Shown: one piece after another, positions 19,318 through 29,425 of the stretch
Layout: each line of letters opens with the position of its first letter
Position numbering within the stretch: position 1 is the stretch's first letter
From: Minisyncoccota bacterium
GTDB lineage: Bacteria > Patescibacteriota > Minisyncoccia > Minisyncoccales > JAGOPM01
Reading direction: 5' to 3'
DNA: 64,000 nucleotides
Assembly (NCBI GenBank): GCA_041651395.1
Contig: JBAZJI010000001.1
Span: 89,169 to 153,168 of the forward strand
Translations under genes and position numbers: made by a program
Notes under the pieces: generated by a model
The model's database searches: none
The model's input: the letters and a program-made list of their open reading frames with translations, nothing else
What the model was told of the DNA's origin: nothing

Positions 19318-20243
19318 ATTTTTCGAAGGACTTTTAGCAATGCAAACGCGATAGGGTAATACCATCTATTTTCGGGAAAATATTCCTCATAAACATAATA
19401 GGGGGAAAGTATACCGCCCCATTTTTTCTTGAATCGGTAAATGTTGTACTCCTTGGAGCCTTTTAGGGCGTTTGGGTTGCATCCGGCCAGGTCGTAATAT
19501 TTGAATCCATTGGCATGGCCCCATTTGATAATTTCCCATTTCAAAAAATCATTATCTGGAAGTTTATTTGTCCGGGCAAATGCTGATCGGGCAGAAGCGA
19601 CTTCTATAAATTGCTTTTCTTCCGGGTTGATAATTATTCCCATGGCTGCCAAAATTTCCTTTTGGGAATTTTTACACAAGAATACTTCATAGCAGGATTG
19701 TTTTTGGTCATCCGAATGCATTACATTCCACAAATTTTTGATAATATCAAATGATTCGGTGTCAAAACCCATGTCATCGCGGAAGTTTTTGAGCAAACCA
19801 AAGTATTGTTGGAAGTCCTCAAAATTTCTGGCGCGTTCGACATAAGCTCCCAATCCTTGGGCTTTTTTGATTTGTTTTTGGACTGAATAATCAAGGGACT
19901 CTTCAATTTGTTCAATGGTCCTGCTTAAATCAATAAGGAAAGTATAAAAAGTTTTTGCCGCTGGCAAAAAGTCCACTTTTTGGAATGATCGGGCAGAAAA
20001 GCAAAAAGGTTTGAATCTCGCAAGCGCCGCAATGTCTTTTGGGCCGAGTAAAGATACATCTTGCGAAACATCGATAGCAGGGAATATTTCCTTTATCAAA
20101 TCTTTGAATTTTTTCAGCCAAAAGTGATTTATAAATATTTGGCGCTTGAATGCGGATAAAAAAATACCCTCAGCGACCTCTTGAGAGCCGGCAAGTTTTT
20201 GGCACTGATAATATGGTTTGGTTCTATAGTAATTATAAAACAT
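19314..20243 (-). CDS. FemAB-like (GNAT-fold) transferase, second copy
   Basis: YRFKKKWGG motif again, 309 aa. Confidence 0.65.
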   Translation of the reverse strand: MFYNYYRTKPYYQCQKLAGSQEVAEGIFLSAFKRQIFINHFWLKKFKDLIKEIFPAIDVSQDVSLLGPKDIAALARFKPFCFSARSFQKVDFLPAAKTFYTFLIDLSRTIEQIEESLDYSVQKQIKKAQGLGAYVERARNFEDFQQYFGLLKNFRDDMGFDTESFDIIKNLWNVMHSDDQKQSCYEVFLCKNSQKEILAAMGIIINPEEKQFIEVASARSAFARTNKLPDNDFLKWEIIKWGHANGFKYYDLAGCNPNALKGSKEYNIYRFKKKWGGILSPYYVYEEYFPENRWYYPIAFALLKVLRKI

Positions 20244-21336
20244 TGATAATTTTTTGCGCGATTATTGGCAGGGCATGGTGCCGGAGGAGCCAGTTATATC
20301 CCTGTTCTCCGAGGATTTGCAGATTTTTTTCTCTCTCCTGCCCGGGGAGCAGTAAAATTTTTTTAAGTTCTTGGTAAATTTCTTCCTGAGTCTGGCAATT
20401 AATAATGGGGGCAATTTCGCCTTTATAATATTTAAAATATTCTTTATTAAAAAATGTTAAGAGGGGTTTTTTGCAAGCCAGCGCCTCTCCTCCGATATTG
20501 CCGAAAAGCCCGATATCAAACTGATCGGCAATGATATCTGACTGCAAATATTGGCAAACCAGTTCTTGGCGGCCTGGGATTCTGGGGATTATTTCAATTT
20601 TTCCTTTTGATTGGCCTGCAATATTTTTCACATATTCCACATCCTCTCTTTTTAGGCCAGCATTACTAAAGTCAATAAGTTTTAATTTCAGGGCATATCC
20701 TTCCTCTATGAGTTTTATTGAGGCTTCTAATAGTTTGTCTATTCCTTTGCTGAACTTATTATATTTGGATGTAATCCAGGAGCTTGGCGCAAAAATAGTC
20801 AGATCGCCATTTCTGCCGACAGGGCATTTTTTCGCGTATGATTCCAGGAGATTAATATCAATTGGAGTGAATAAGGGCGCGCTTTTATTTTCCAGACGCA
20901 ATTCTTTAATGGCAGTATTCATTTCTGAAATTCCGCAGAAAAGATACTTTGCATTTTTATAACTCAAGCGGAGCAAAAAATTCATTATCCCTTTTTCAAA
21001 AACAAATTCGCGCAAATCAGAGCCCGTGGAAATGGCAATGTAATTTTTATTAAAAAATTGCACATAGGCAGGAGAAAGGGTCAGGGCGATCATGCGATCA
21101 TATTTTGGGAATATTTGCAGGCCTTGATAAATTGCCTTTAAGGCCGGGGAAGTATTGTAAAGTTTAATCCAGCTATAATTTTGGGCCGCTTCCTCGTATT
21201 CTTTGGGATCTTGCCCTTTGGCAATTTTATTGTTTTTGCAGGTTATAAAAAGATCAGCATCTTGCCCTTGCTGGCGAAGCGCTTTTGCAATAATGTACCC
21301 TGATTGTCCGAGATTGCCCACTATCGCAATTTTCAT
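20233..21336 (-). CDS. Putative GT-B fold glycosyltransferase
   Basis: MKIAIVGNLGQSGY N-terminus and C-terminal FGNIGGEALACKKPLL, resembling the GT1/GT4 nucleotide-sugar-binding half. The start at 21336 forms an ATGA overlap with the upstream stop. Confidence 0.5.
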   Translation of the reverse strand: MKIAIVGNLGQSGYIIAKALRQQGQDADLFITCKNNKIAKGQDPKEYEEAAQNYSWIKLYNTSPALKAIYQGLQIFPKYDRMIALTLSPAYVQFFNKNYIAISTGSDLREFVFEKGIMNFLLRLSYKNAKYLFCGISEMNTAIKELRLENKSAPLFTPIDINLLESYAKKCPVGRNGDLTIFAPSSWITSKYNKFSKGIDKLLEASIKLIEEGYALKLKLIDFSNAGLKREDVEYVKNIAGQSKGKIEIIPRIPGRQELVCQYLQSDIIADQFDIGLFGNIGGEALACKKPLLTFFNKEYFKYYKGEIAPIINCQTQEEIYQELKKILLLPGQEREKNLQILGEQGYNWLLRHHALPIIAQKIINVL

Positions 21337-23645
21337 ATTATTTGGGAATAAACGGTTTTCTCTTTGGCTTCCATGTTTGAACCGCATATTTGAGAAAATA
21401 TTTTAAGTGAGCCCTGGCTCAGGCAGGCATATAAATTTTTATCTTCAATGAGTTTTTTTATGCCAGCAGAAAAGCCTTGGGGGGAATTTTCAACAAAAAC
21501 GCAATCATTTAAGCCGACTAGTTCGGGGCTTTTTTCTGTCTGATGTTTGGATCGGATAACGGGAAGCCCGCAGGCCATCGCTTCAATCATGGCAATTTCA
21601 ACTCCGCCATACAAATTGGCCGTGGCATAGGCATGGCATCTATTGTAAAGCTCGGGCATGTTTTTATTGTTAATTTTAGGAATAAATTCCACCTTTTCGG
21701 AAATTTTAAGTTCTTTGGCTAAATTTTTAAGCGCTTCCTGCTCTGGCCCCTGGCCGACAAGAATCAAACGGCAGGGAAGGTCCTTAATCGCTGCGATAAG
21801 ATTTTTCTGGTTTTTTTCCGGGATTAAACGGGAAACGCTTAAGATTGTGAACTCTTTGTTTTGGGTGATTGCCGGATTGGAGTAAAACATTTTTTCATCT
21901 ACGCGGTTATAAATGAGAAAAGTTTTGCTTTCCTCAACTCCGTTACGCAGGGCATAATTGACTGCAAATCGGTATACGCCGATAATTGCATTTGCTGATT
22001 TTAATATTCCAATTTCAAAAATAAGCTTCCAAATCACATAAGAAAGATATTTCAAATATTTTTTTTGCCGTAAAATTTGGCCACGGATATCAAGGTCATA
22101 GTCGCCATGCAAAGAAAGAAGTAGGGGGCAGTTCAATTTTTTTGCCAGAGCCCTGCCAAAAAATCCTTCATAAAATACCCCATGGCAGCGCAAAACATCT
22201 ATGGGCGCCCCCGCCAAATCATTTACTGCTTGGCTTGTTATTTTTTTGCTTTTGATTATCGAATAAAATCCAAATTTCGGCATTGTATGGATAAAAAGTT
22301 CCGCCTGGCCCGTCATGAAAGAAAGATGGTTTTTTTCTTCCTCGCTGTATTTTTCTCCGCCAAAATCAAAAATATGTATTTCCGAAAACATGCTTTGGGG
22401 ATTCCAGTAATTTTTGCGCATTTCGCCCTTTTTCAGATACATTTTCAGAGAATCAGTCGGTACGACGGCCAGTGTTAAAAATTTGCCTTTATGTTTTTCT
22501 AAAAGTAATAAGCAGTCAATGAAAAATTTAGCTGCCCAATTAATATATCCAAAGGGCATATATTTTCCCCAAAAGGGCGCGCTTCCCGCCAAAGCCCCAT
22601 TTATTTCTTTGGGGGCAGCTTGGGGCTGCTTTGATTGGACATACCTGGAAATAGAGCGTGCTTCTTTCAGGAATTCGTTTTCATTTGTTTCTTCAAAAAG
22701 ACGGACAAAATTGCAGGCGGTTTGTGCCAAGCCGGTTAAGCAGCGACTAGCATCCGCTGCTGCCCAATTTGACGAAAAATAGCCAGGCAAGTAATTAGGC
22801 TGGCGGTTTAATTCCAATAATTTTTTGCAGGCTTTTTGCGCTGATTGAAAATATTTTTCTCCTTCATTTTGCCTGCCAAGCAATATGCCGGATTCCAGCA
22901 ACCCTTCAATGGTATATGCTATTGTATGAAGAGGGGCAATATCATCATCAAAAAAAGAACAGTGCAGATAAAATCCGTCGTCCTGTTGTTGTATTAAAAC
23001 CCAATCAAGCTGTCTGGTGGCGCTTGTTTTATATTTTTCTTCCTTGGTTTCTTGCCAGAGCTTTAGCAGGGCAAGAGATACTCGGGAATAGTATGAATGT
23101 GCAATTTTATTGTATGCATATTTTCTCCATGACCCGTCGCTTTCCTGCTGGGCGCAAATCCAATCAGCGCAATGCCTGGCTGCATCTAAAAATTTTCTTT
23201 CGTTTAATTCTTTATAAAGCGCCAGCAAGCCAAAGATAATTTGTCCGGAATCAAAAATCATCGGCTCATTACTGCCGGCTTGTCCAAATGAGCCATCTTT
23301 GTTCTGGATTTGTAAAAGCCATGCTCCTCCCTTTTTCGCACTTTGTAAATATTTTCCGTCTTTGGTTTCGCTTGATAAAGAAATAAGCGTAGGGATAATG
23401 TAGCCTGTTGTCTCCGGGAATAAAAGGCAAGACCCATATAAAAGGGAATATTGATCAATAAAGCCGCCTTCTTTGGTTTGTTGGCCTAAAAGCCAGTTGG
23501 CGCACGAAAGCAAGCTATTTTGGTGCGGCTGATATTTTCCAAAGCCGAAAAATTCTCCTTTGAGCGCGCTAAAAAGCGCATAATATGCGCGCGGCGAGAT
23601 ATAGTTTTTCAATATTTTATTTGTAATAGTCAGCGGATTTTGCAT
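21333..23645 (-). CDS. Fusion protein: N-terminal prenyltransferase/squalene-cyclase-like alpha/alpha toroid plus C-terminal GT4 glycosyltransferase
   Basis: The N-terminal ~390 aa carry four QW-like repeats (WLLGQQTKEGGF, WLLQIQNKDGSFG, WICAQQESDGSWR, WVLIQQQDDGFY). The C-terminal half carries GT4 motifs (RLIPEKN, GGVEIAMIEAMACGLPVI). Confidence 0.7.
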   Translation of the reverse strand: MQNPLTITNKILKNYISPRAYYALFSALKGEFFGFGKYQPHQNSLLSCANWLLGQQTKEGGFIDQYSLLYGSCLLFPETTGYIIPTLISLSSETKDGKYLQSAKKGGAWLLQIQNKDGSFGQAGSNEPMIFDSGQIIFGLLALYKELNERKFLDAARHCADWICAQQESDGSWRKYAYNKIAHSYYSRVSLALLKLWQETKEEKYKTSATRQLDWVLIQQQDDGFYLHCSFFDDDIAPLHTIAYTIEGLLESGILLGRQNEGEKYFQSAQKACKKLLELNRQPNYLPGYFSSNWAAADASRCLTGLAQTACNFVRLFEETNENEFLKEARSISRYVQSKQPQAAPKEINGALAGSAPFWGKYMPFGYINWAAKFFIDCLLLLEKHKGKFLTLAVVPTDSLKMYLKKGEMRKNYWNPQSMFSEIHIFDFGGEKYSEEEKNHLSFMTGQAELFIHTMPKFGFYSIIKSKKITSQAVNDLAGAPIDVLRCHGVFYEGFFGRALAKKLNCPLLLSLHGDYDLDIRGQILRQKKYLKYLSYVIWKLIFEIGILKSANAIIGVYRFAVNYALRNGVEESKTFLIYNRVDEKMFYSNPAITQNKEFTILSVSRLIPEKNQKNLIAAIKDLPCRLILVGQGPEQEALKNLAKELKISEKVEFIPKINNKNMPELYNRCHAYATANLYGGVEIAMIEAMACGLPVIRSKHQTEKSPELVGLNDCVFVENSPQGFSAGIKKLIEDKNLYACLSQGSLKIFSQICGSNMEAKEKTVYSQII

Positions 23646-23646
23646 C

Positions 23647-24765
23647 TTAGCGGGAAATATTTTTTTCTAGAATAGCAAGAATTTTTTGCGCCGCAGTCCC
23701 GTTGCCAAACGGGTTGGCCCAGGTTATTTTTTGCGCCATCATTTTTTGTGCGCAGGATAATATCTTTTTTGGATCAGTGCCGGCAATAATATTAGCCTTA
23801 ACCTTGATTGTTTCTGGCCGTTCAGTATTATTGCGCATAGTAACGCAGGGAACTCTTAAAATACATGCTTCTTCTTGTACGCCTCCCGAATCGGTAAAAA
23901 TCAGTTTGGCATTTTTTTCTAAAACTAAAAAATCAGAGAACCCGACCGGTTCAATTATTTTAATTGAGCCGGGGCATAAAATGTTTTTTTCCGCCATGGT
24001 CTTGGCAGTTCTTGGATGCACGGGGAAAATCACTTCAATATCGTTTTTGATTGAAAATTGATTGATGCCTTCAAAGATATTAATAAGTCGTTGCGGATTA
24101 TCCGTATTTTCCGGGCGGTGGCAGGTGAGCAACGCGAAGTTTTTCCCTTGAATACCCAGTTTTTGTAAAATATTGGATTTTTTTTGGGCAATTCCGATAT
24201 TTTGTAAAACAGCATCAACAATCGTGTTTCCCGTAATGAAAATATTTTTTTTGCAAAGCCCTTCTTTTATAAGTATTTTGCCGGCCATTGGGGTCGGGGC
24301 AAAAGCGAAATCACAGCAATGGTCTGCTAAAATCCTGTTAATTTCTTCGGGCATAGTTTTATCGTAAGAGCGCAAACCCGCCTCAATATGGCCGGCTTTT
24401 ATGTGAAGTTTTGCCGCCGCCAACGCACCAGCCAGGACAGTGTTTGTATCTCCCTGGACAAGGATTATGTTTGGGTTTTCTTCCAACAATATTTTTTCTA
24501 TTCCACAAAGCATCTCGGCGCTTTGCTTAGCATGACTGGCTGATCCGATATTTAAATTGTATTTTGGCTGGGGCAAACCGAGCTCATCGAAAAATAGTTG
24601 ATCTAAGAAATGCGCATAATGCTGGTTTGTATGCAAAATAAAAAAATCAAGGTGGCGCTTTTGGCATTCGCGAATAATCGGGGAAAGTTTAATAATTTCC
24701 GGACGTGTTCCGAGGATTATGGCGATTCTCAGTTTAAGGCTATTTTTCTTTTTCATTTTGTCCAT
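23647..24765 (-). CDS. wecB: UDP-N-acetylglucosamine 2-epimerase (non-hydrolysing)
   Basis: ILGTRPEIIKLSP, GHIEAGLRSYD and FTDSGGVQEEA motifs. Confidence 0.9.
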   Translation of the reverse strand: MDKMKKKNSLKLRIAIILGTRPEIIKLSPIIRECQKRHLDFFILHTNQHYAHFLDQLFFDELGLPQPKYNLNIGSASHAKQSAEMLCGIEKILLEENPNIILVQGDTNTVLAGALAAAKLHIKAGHIEAGLRSYDKTMPEEINRILADHCCDFAFAPTPMAGKILIKEGLCKKNIFITGNTIVDAVLQNIGIAQKKSNILQKLGIQGKNFALLTCHRPENTDNPQRLINIFEGINQFSIKNDIEVIFPVHPRTAKTMAEKNILCPGSIKIIEPVGFSDFLVLEKNAKLIFTDSGGVQEEACILRVPCVTMRNNTERPETIKVKANIIAGTDPKKILSCAQKMMAQKITWANPFGNGTAAQKILAILEKNISR

Positions 24766-25619
24766 TTGCTAGTTATTTTCGGGAAAAGAATCGAAACTTT
24801 AGCAAGGAAAAACCACTGCCAAGTATAGGCGGAAAAAGGATTAAGCGCTAAGCAGTGTGCAAATTTCATGGCTGCCTGCCATGGTTTGCCTTCTTTGAGC
24901 AGTATTTTCCCTTCGTGGACAAACAATGCCCATTTGGGCGCATGATTTTGAATTGCGGCCTTTGCAGCTTGGATTTCTACTTGTAAAGTTTTGTTTTGTC
25001 CCTTCAAGCTTTGCGCATGCACCCGGTAATAATACAGGGGGATATGGATCGGCAGAATCTTAAAATTGTTGGCGACCCTCAGCCAATAATCATAATCCTC
25101 GGCCAAAAATAATTCTTTTTTGTAATTGCCGATTTTCTCATAGATCTCGCGCTTGTATAAAAAACATGCACCAATGCAATTAACTGCCTGTAATTTATCA
25201 TAAGAACCGACAGATATCTTTTTTATTATTTTTCCTTTTTCGTCAACGTTAAAATAATCGCAATAGGTAAAGGATGTCAAAGGATTTTTTTGTAGAGCCA
25301 GAGCCATAGTCTTGATGGCTTCGGGGTCAAACCAATTATCATCAGAGGTCCAGGTAAGCAAGTCCCCCCGAGAGGCGCTAAATCCGGTATTTAATGCTCC
25401 GGCAATGCCTAAATTATGCGCATTTTTTATATAGTGGATCCGTTGATCGGTATATGATTTTACGATATTTTCAATTTCCTCCGATTGCCCGTCATTAATT
25501 ATTATCAATTCTAAATTCGTGTATGTTTGTTCTAAACACGAATCAATGGCCTGGCGCAAATATTGCGTGTTTTTATATGTCGGCAGGATTATTGATACTT
25601 TTTGTTGAAACTCATCCAT
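24753..25619 (-). CDS. Family 2 glycosyltransferase
   Basis: SIILPTYKNTQYLRQAIDSCLEQTY, LELIIINDGQ and SDDNW motifs. Confidence 0.88.
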   Translation of the reverse strand: MDEFQQKVSIILPTYKNTQYLRQAIDSCLEQTYTNLELIIINDGQSEEIENIVKSYTDQRIHYIKNAHNLGIAGALNTGFSASRGDLLTWTSDDNWFDPEAIKTMALALQKNPLTSFTYCDYFNVDEKGKIIKKISVGSYDKLQAVNCIGACFLYKREIYEKIGNYKKELFLAEDYDYWLRVANNFKILPIHIPLYYYRVHAQSLKGQNKTLQVEIQAAKAAIQNHAPKWALFVHEGKILLKEGKPWQAAMKFAHCLALNPFSAYTWQWFFLAKVSILFPKITSKWTK

Positions 25620-25623
25620 ATTG

Positions 25624-26727
25624 TTAAAAGGATTTTGCTAAAATTTTAGCAATCCTTTGGGCAGTCAAACCATCATTGAGTGGAATTTTTTCAATTTTAT
25701 GCGACTTATTTTTTTGCAACCGTGAAATACTTTCTAATATTTTTCTCTCATTAATGCCTACAAGCTTATTGGCACCACACTCAATGGTCTCTAAAAGTTC
25801 GGTTTCTTTTCGCATAGTAAAGGTAGGAATTTTGAAATATGCCGCCTCGGCTTGTATGCCGCCAGAATCGGTAAGCACGAAAGAGCAATTTTGTAGAAGC
25901 CGCATAAAATCAATATAGTCCTGTGGCGCGATTATTTTCAAGTCTTTCAGATTTTCAAATTTTTCCCAAAGCTCATTTTTTTTGATGCTTTTTTCCGTTC
26001 TTGGGTGGATAGGGAATAGTATGGGGATTTTTGTCGAAATTTTGGAAATTATTGAATAAAGTTTATCCAAGTTTTCCAAGGAATCAACATTAGAGGGCCG
26101 ATGCATGGTCATCAGGGCAAAGCTGCCTTTTTTAAGATTGAGATTCTCTAAAATTTTAGAACCATTTATTTTTGGCAGATTCATCATTAAGCAGTCGATC
26201 ATAATATTGCCAACCAGGAAAATTGACTTTTTGGGCAGGCCCTCCCTTAAAAGATTTTTGTAGCTCTGTCGCGCATGGGCAAACAGAAAATCAGAAATAT
26301 GGTCCGTAAGCACGCGGTTTATTTCTTCAGGCATTTCTTTGTTGAAAGATCTTCCCCCGGCTTCGACGTGCGCAATTTTTATATGCATTTTTGAAGCGAC
26401 CAAAGAGCAAGCAAGCGTTGAGTTAACATCTCCGACCACCAAGATTAAATCAGGTTTTTCTTTTGTGACAATAGGCTCAAAAGCCTCCATAATTTTTGCA
26501 GTTTGCTGCCCGTGGCCCAGCGAGCCTACATTTAAGTTATAGTCCGGGGGTTTAATCTCTAAAGATTGAAAGAAAGTGCCCGACATTTTGTCATCATAAT
26601 GTTGTCCCGTATGTACTAAGATACTTTTAATTTGGGGGTATTTATCAAAAGCGTGCAAAAGGGGGGCGATTTTCATAAAATTCGGCCTAGCCCCAACTAT
26701 ACTGATGATTTTGACCTGCCTTTTCAT
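25624..26727 (-). CDS. wecB: UDP-N-acetylglucosamine 2-epimerase, second paralog
   Basis: IVGARPNFMKIAP, AHVEAGGRSFN and LTDSGGIQAEA motifs. Confidence 0.9.
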   Translation of the reverse strand: MKRQVKIISIVGARPNFMKIAPLLHAFDKYPQIKSILVHTGQHYDDKMSGTFFQSLEIKPPDYNLNVGSLGHGQQTAKIMEAFEPIVTKEKPDLILVVGDVNSTLACSLVASKMHIKIAHVEAGGRSFNKEMPEEINRVLTDHISDFLFAHARQSYKNLLREGLPKKSIFLVGNIMIDCLMMNLPKINGSKILENLNLKKGSFALMTMHRPSNVDSLENLDKLYSIISKISTKIPILFPIHPRTEKSIKKNELWEKFENLKDLKIIAPQDYIDFMRLLQNCSFVLTDSGGIQAEAAYFKIPTFTMRKETELLETIECGANKLVGINERKILESISRLQKNKSHKIEKIPLNDGLTAQRIAKILAKSF

Positions 26728-26923
26728 ATCGTGTTTATGTTAGCATATAGCTGTCAAAATAAAAGAATCTTTTAGCTGTTAGTTTCAATTTTAGGAATGA
26801 TTTGAATATTACAAATAATGCCTTTTGAGGTAGATTTTTTTCTGTCCTTTTGCTATATTAAAAACAAGAAAGCCATAGGTATGGCAGGCGGGCAATATTG
26901 TATTTGGCGCAAAATAGCCTTTT

Positions 26924-28021
26924 ATGAAAATTCTCTATACAATCACCAAATCAGAAGCGGGGGGCGCGCAAACCCATGTTTATCAGCTTGCCAAATATTT
27001 CCATGACAGGGGGCATGAGGTGGCGATTATGGCTCGTCCTGGGGGTTGGCTTGAGGATAAAGCCAAAGAAATTGGGGTGAGCTTTTACCCTAATAAATAC
27101 TTTTCAAATAGTTTGGATATTTTTCGTGGACTAGCAGCCATGAATAGGGTTTTTGCCTGCGTTAAAGATTTTAAGCCCGATATCATACACTGCCACTCCT
27201 CTGTAGCTGGGGTTTGGACGCGTTTAGCAGTCTTAAATGCCATTCCCACGGTTTTTACCGCCCATGGTTGGAGCTTTAATGATGGCGTACCTGCTTGGCA
27301 AAAGTTCTTCGGGGTCATTTCCGAAAAATATTGTTCCTTATTTTGCACAAAGATTATTTGTGTTTCGAAATATGTAAGAAATTTGGCACTCAAATTCAAG
27401 ATTGCCCCCAGTGGCAAATTAGAGGTCATTTATAATGGCATCGAGGAGATCAGTCCTCCGGAAAAAAACTGGAATGGAAAATTAAAAATTGTTTTTGTGG
27501 CCCGGATGGCAGGCCCCAAAGATCCGGAAAGTTTAATTTCTGCTTATGCCGCTCTTTCCTCGGAGAGCAAGGAAAAAACTGAACTTCATCTTATTGGCGG
27601 TGGGCCACTGCTTAATAAAGCTAAGGCCTTAACAAAAGTTTTAGCCATTGATCCTAAAATTACTTTTTATGGAGAGTTAAGTCGAGAAAAGGCCTTAGAA
27701 ATTTTAGGGGAGATGCATATTTTTGCTTTACCAACCCGCTGGGAAGGTTTGCCCTATACCGTTTTAGAGGCTATGGCCTTAAAGAATGCCATTATTGCTT
27801 CCAATGTCGGGGGATTAAGCGAAGCGGTTTCTCCTGATTGCGGGTTCTTGCTGCCCAATGATCTTTTCGCTTGGACGGGAATTTTAGAATATCTTATCCG
27901 TAATCCGTCTAAAACCCAAAAACTAGCCGAAGCAGCTAGTTTGAAGGTTAAGGAAAATTTTTCTTTAGCTAAGTCTTGCTCCGAGATTGCTAAAGTATAT
28001 TCAATCGCGCTTGAAAAATAA
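26924..28021 (+). CDS. Family 4 (GT-B) glycosyltransferase
   Basis: E-x7-E region WEGLPYTVLEAMA. 365 aa. Confidence 0.88.
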   Translation: MKILYTITKSEAGGAQTHVYQLAKYFHDRGHEVAIMARPGGWLEDKAKEIGVSFYPNKYFSNSLDIFRGLAAMNRVFACVKDFKPDIIHCHSSVAGVWTRLAVLNAIPTVFTAHGWSFNDGVPAWQKFFGVISEKYCSLFCTKIICVSKYVRNLALKFKIAPSGKLEVIYNGIEEISPPEKNWNGKLKIVFVARMAGPKDPESLISAYAALSSESKEKTELHLIGGGPLLNKAKALTKVLAIDPKITFYGELSREKALEILGEMHIFALPTRWEGLPYTVLEAMALKNAIIASNVGGLSEAVSPDCGFLLPNDLFAWTGILEYLIRNPSKTQKLAEAASLKVKENFSLAKSCSEIAKVYSIALEK

Positions 28022-29356
28022 TTGCGCGGTTTTTAGTAAAATTTTGAAGTCTAACATTAACGATCTATTTTTCAGGTAGAACAGATCGTATTCGTATTTT
28101 TGGCGTGAATCATCAATGGAGCGGGCGTAGCGGAATTTTATCTGGGCCCAACCAGTGAATCCCGGTTTTATTAGGTGTCTGTTTTCGTAAAATTCGATTT
28201 CTTTTTCTAATTGTTTAACAAATTCCGGTCGCTCGGGTCTTGGCCCGATTAAGGCTATATCGCCGCAGAGGATATTAAATAATTGAGGCAACTCATCGAG
28301 ATGTAAGGCGCGAATGATGCGGCCAACTTTAGTTATGCGTTGGTCGTCTTTGCGGGCCCAAAGAGCCTTGCCGTCGGACTCGGCGTTAACCGACATAGAT
28401 CGGAATTTTACCAGCTTAAATATTTTTTTATTTTTCCCAACACGTTCTTGTCGATAGAGTATCGGCCCCTTATCCTCTAAAAATATCGCCACGCAGATAA
28501 GTAAAAAAAATGGTATTCCGAGCACGAAAAATATTACAGAGAAAATGATATCGATAATCCTTTTCAGTCGCTCGAAAAATTTCTTGTCATCATTGGCATA
28601 TTTGGCGAACCAGAGAACATCCAGGCAGGCGAGGGGAATTTTTTGCATAACAGTATCATAAGCAGTTTCAATGTCCCAGATTCTTGGCCAGCCTAAAGAG
28701 GCTGATATTTTTGGTAGCCATTCATTGAGATCTTCTGTTTTTGTGCCGATTATTATAATATCGGCTTTTAAGTCCTTTTGCTTGGAGAGTTTGCTAGCGG
28801 GTATGTATTTGCCGCTAAAATTTTCAATATTGATTTGATTACCCTGCGCCTGCGGCGTTTCTACAAACAATAAGATATCGTACTCGGCTGAGCCGGCCGT
28901 ATGCATAACAAAATCCGATAACCGATCGTTATAATTAAGAATAACTATTTTTTCCCTAATAGAATCCTGAAAAGCGGCAAAAAATGCTCCGCGCCAAAGT
29001 ACGATAATGATGCCTCCGAGCAAAAAGGTCAGGACGAGATTTATTTTAGGGAAGAGGCCATTGATCGGTAGGAAATAAAATACTACGGCGCCAAATAGAG
29101 TTACGCTTAAAAGGATGATGCTTAGGGCGGCATAAAAATCCAGCCCCGGCCTAGCTTTGTGAAGCTCGTAGAGATCAAATATATAAAAAATTACAATGGT
29201 TAGGAAAAAAAGTAAGCCAAATGGCAAAATATGTAAATTAAGTATTTCGGGGGTGAAATCAGTGCGATATCTTACCAGTAATTCGGAAAATAGGGCAGCC
29301 AGAAGACAGAATAGATCCCCAATAATCAGGATTAGTTTTTTATATAGTGGCTTCAT
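28001..29356 (-). CDS. Polyprenyl-phosphate hexose-1-phosphate transferase (WbaP-like initiating sugar transferase)
   Basis: N-terminal TMs plus the C-terminal bacterial sugar-transferase domain (LDELPQLFNILCGDIALIGPRPERPEF). Confidence 0.9.
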   Translation of the reverse strand: MKPLYKKLILIIGDLFCLLAALFSELLVRYRTDFTPEILNLHILPFGLLFFLTIVIFYIFDLYELHKARPGLDFYAALSIILLSVTLFGAVVFYFLPINGLFPKINLVLTFLLGGIIIVLWRGAFFAAFQDSIREKIVILNYNDRLSDFVMHTAGSAEYDILLFVETPQAQGNQINIENFSGKYIPASKLSKQKDLKADIIIIGTKTEDLNEWLPKISASLGWPRIWDIETAYDTVMQKIPLACLDVLWFAKYANDDKKFFERLKRIIDIIFSVIFFVLGIPFFLLICVAIFLEDKGPILYRQERVGKNKKIFKLVKFRSMSVNAESDGKALWARKDDQRITKVGRIIRALHLDELPQLFNILCGDIALIGPRPERPEFVKQLEKEIEFYENRHLIKPGFTGWAQIKFRYARSIDDSRQKYEYDLFYLKNRSLMLDFKILLKTAQLFFKRD

Positions 29357-29425
29357 ACAAAGATTGTAAGTTAAATATTTGCCAAAATCAACTTTGTTTG
29401 ATAACCTTTTTAAAAGTCAAATAAT

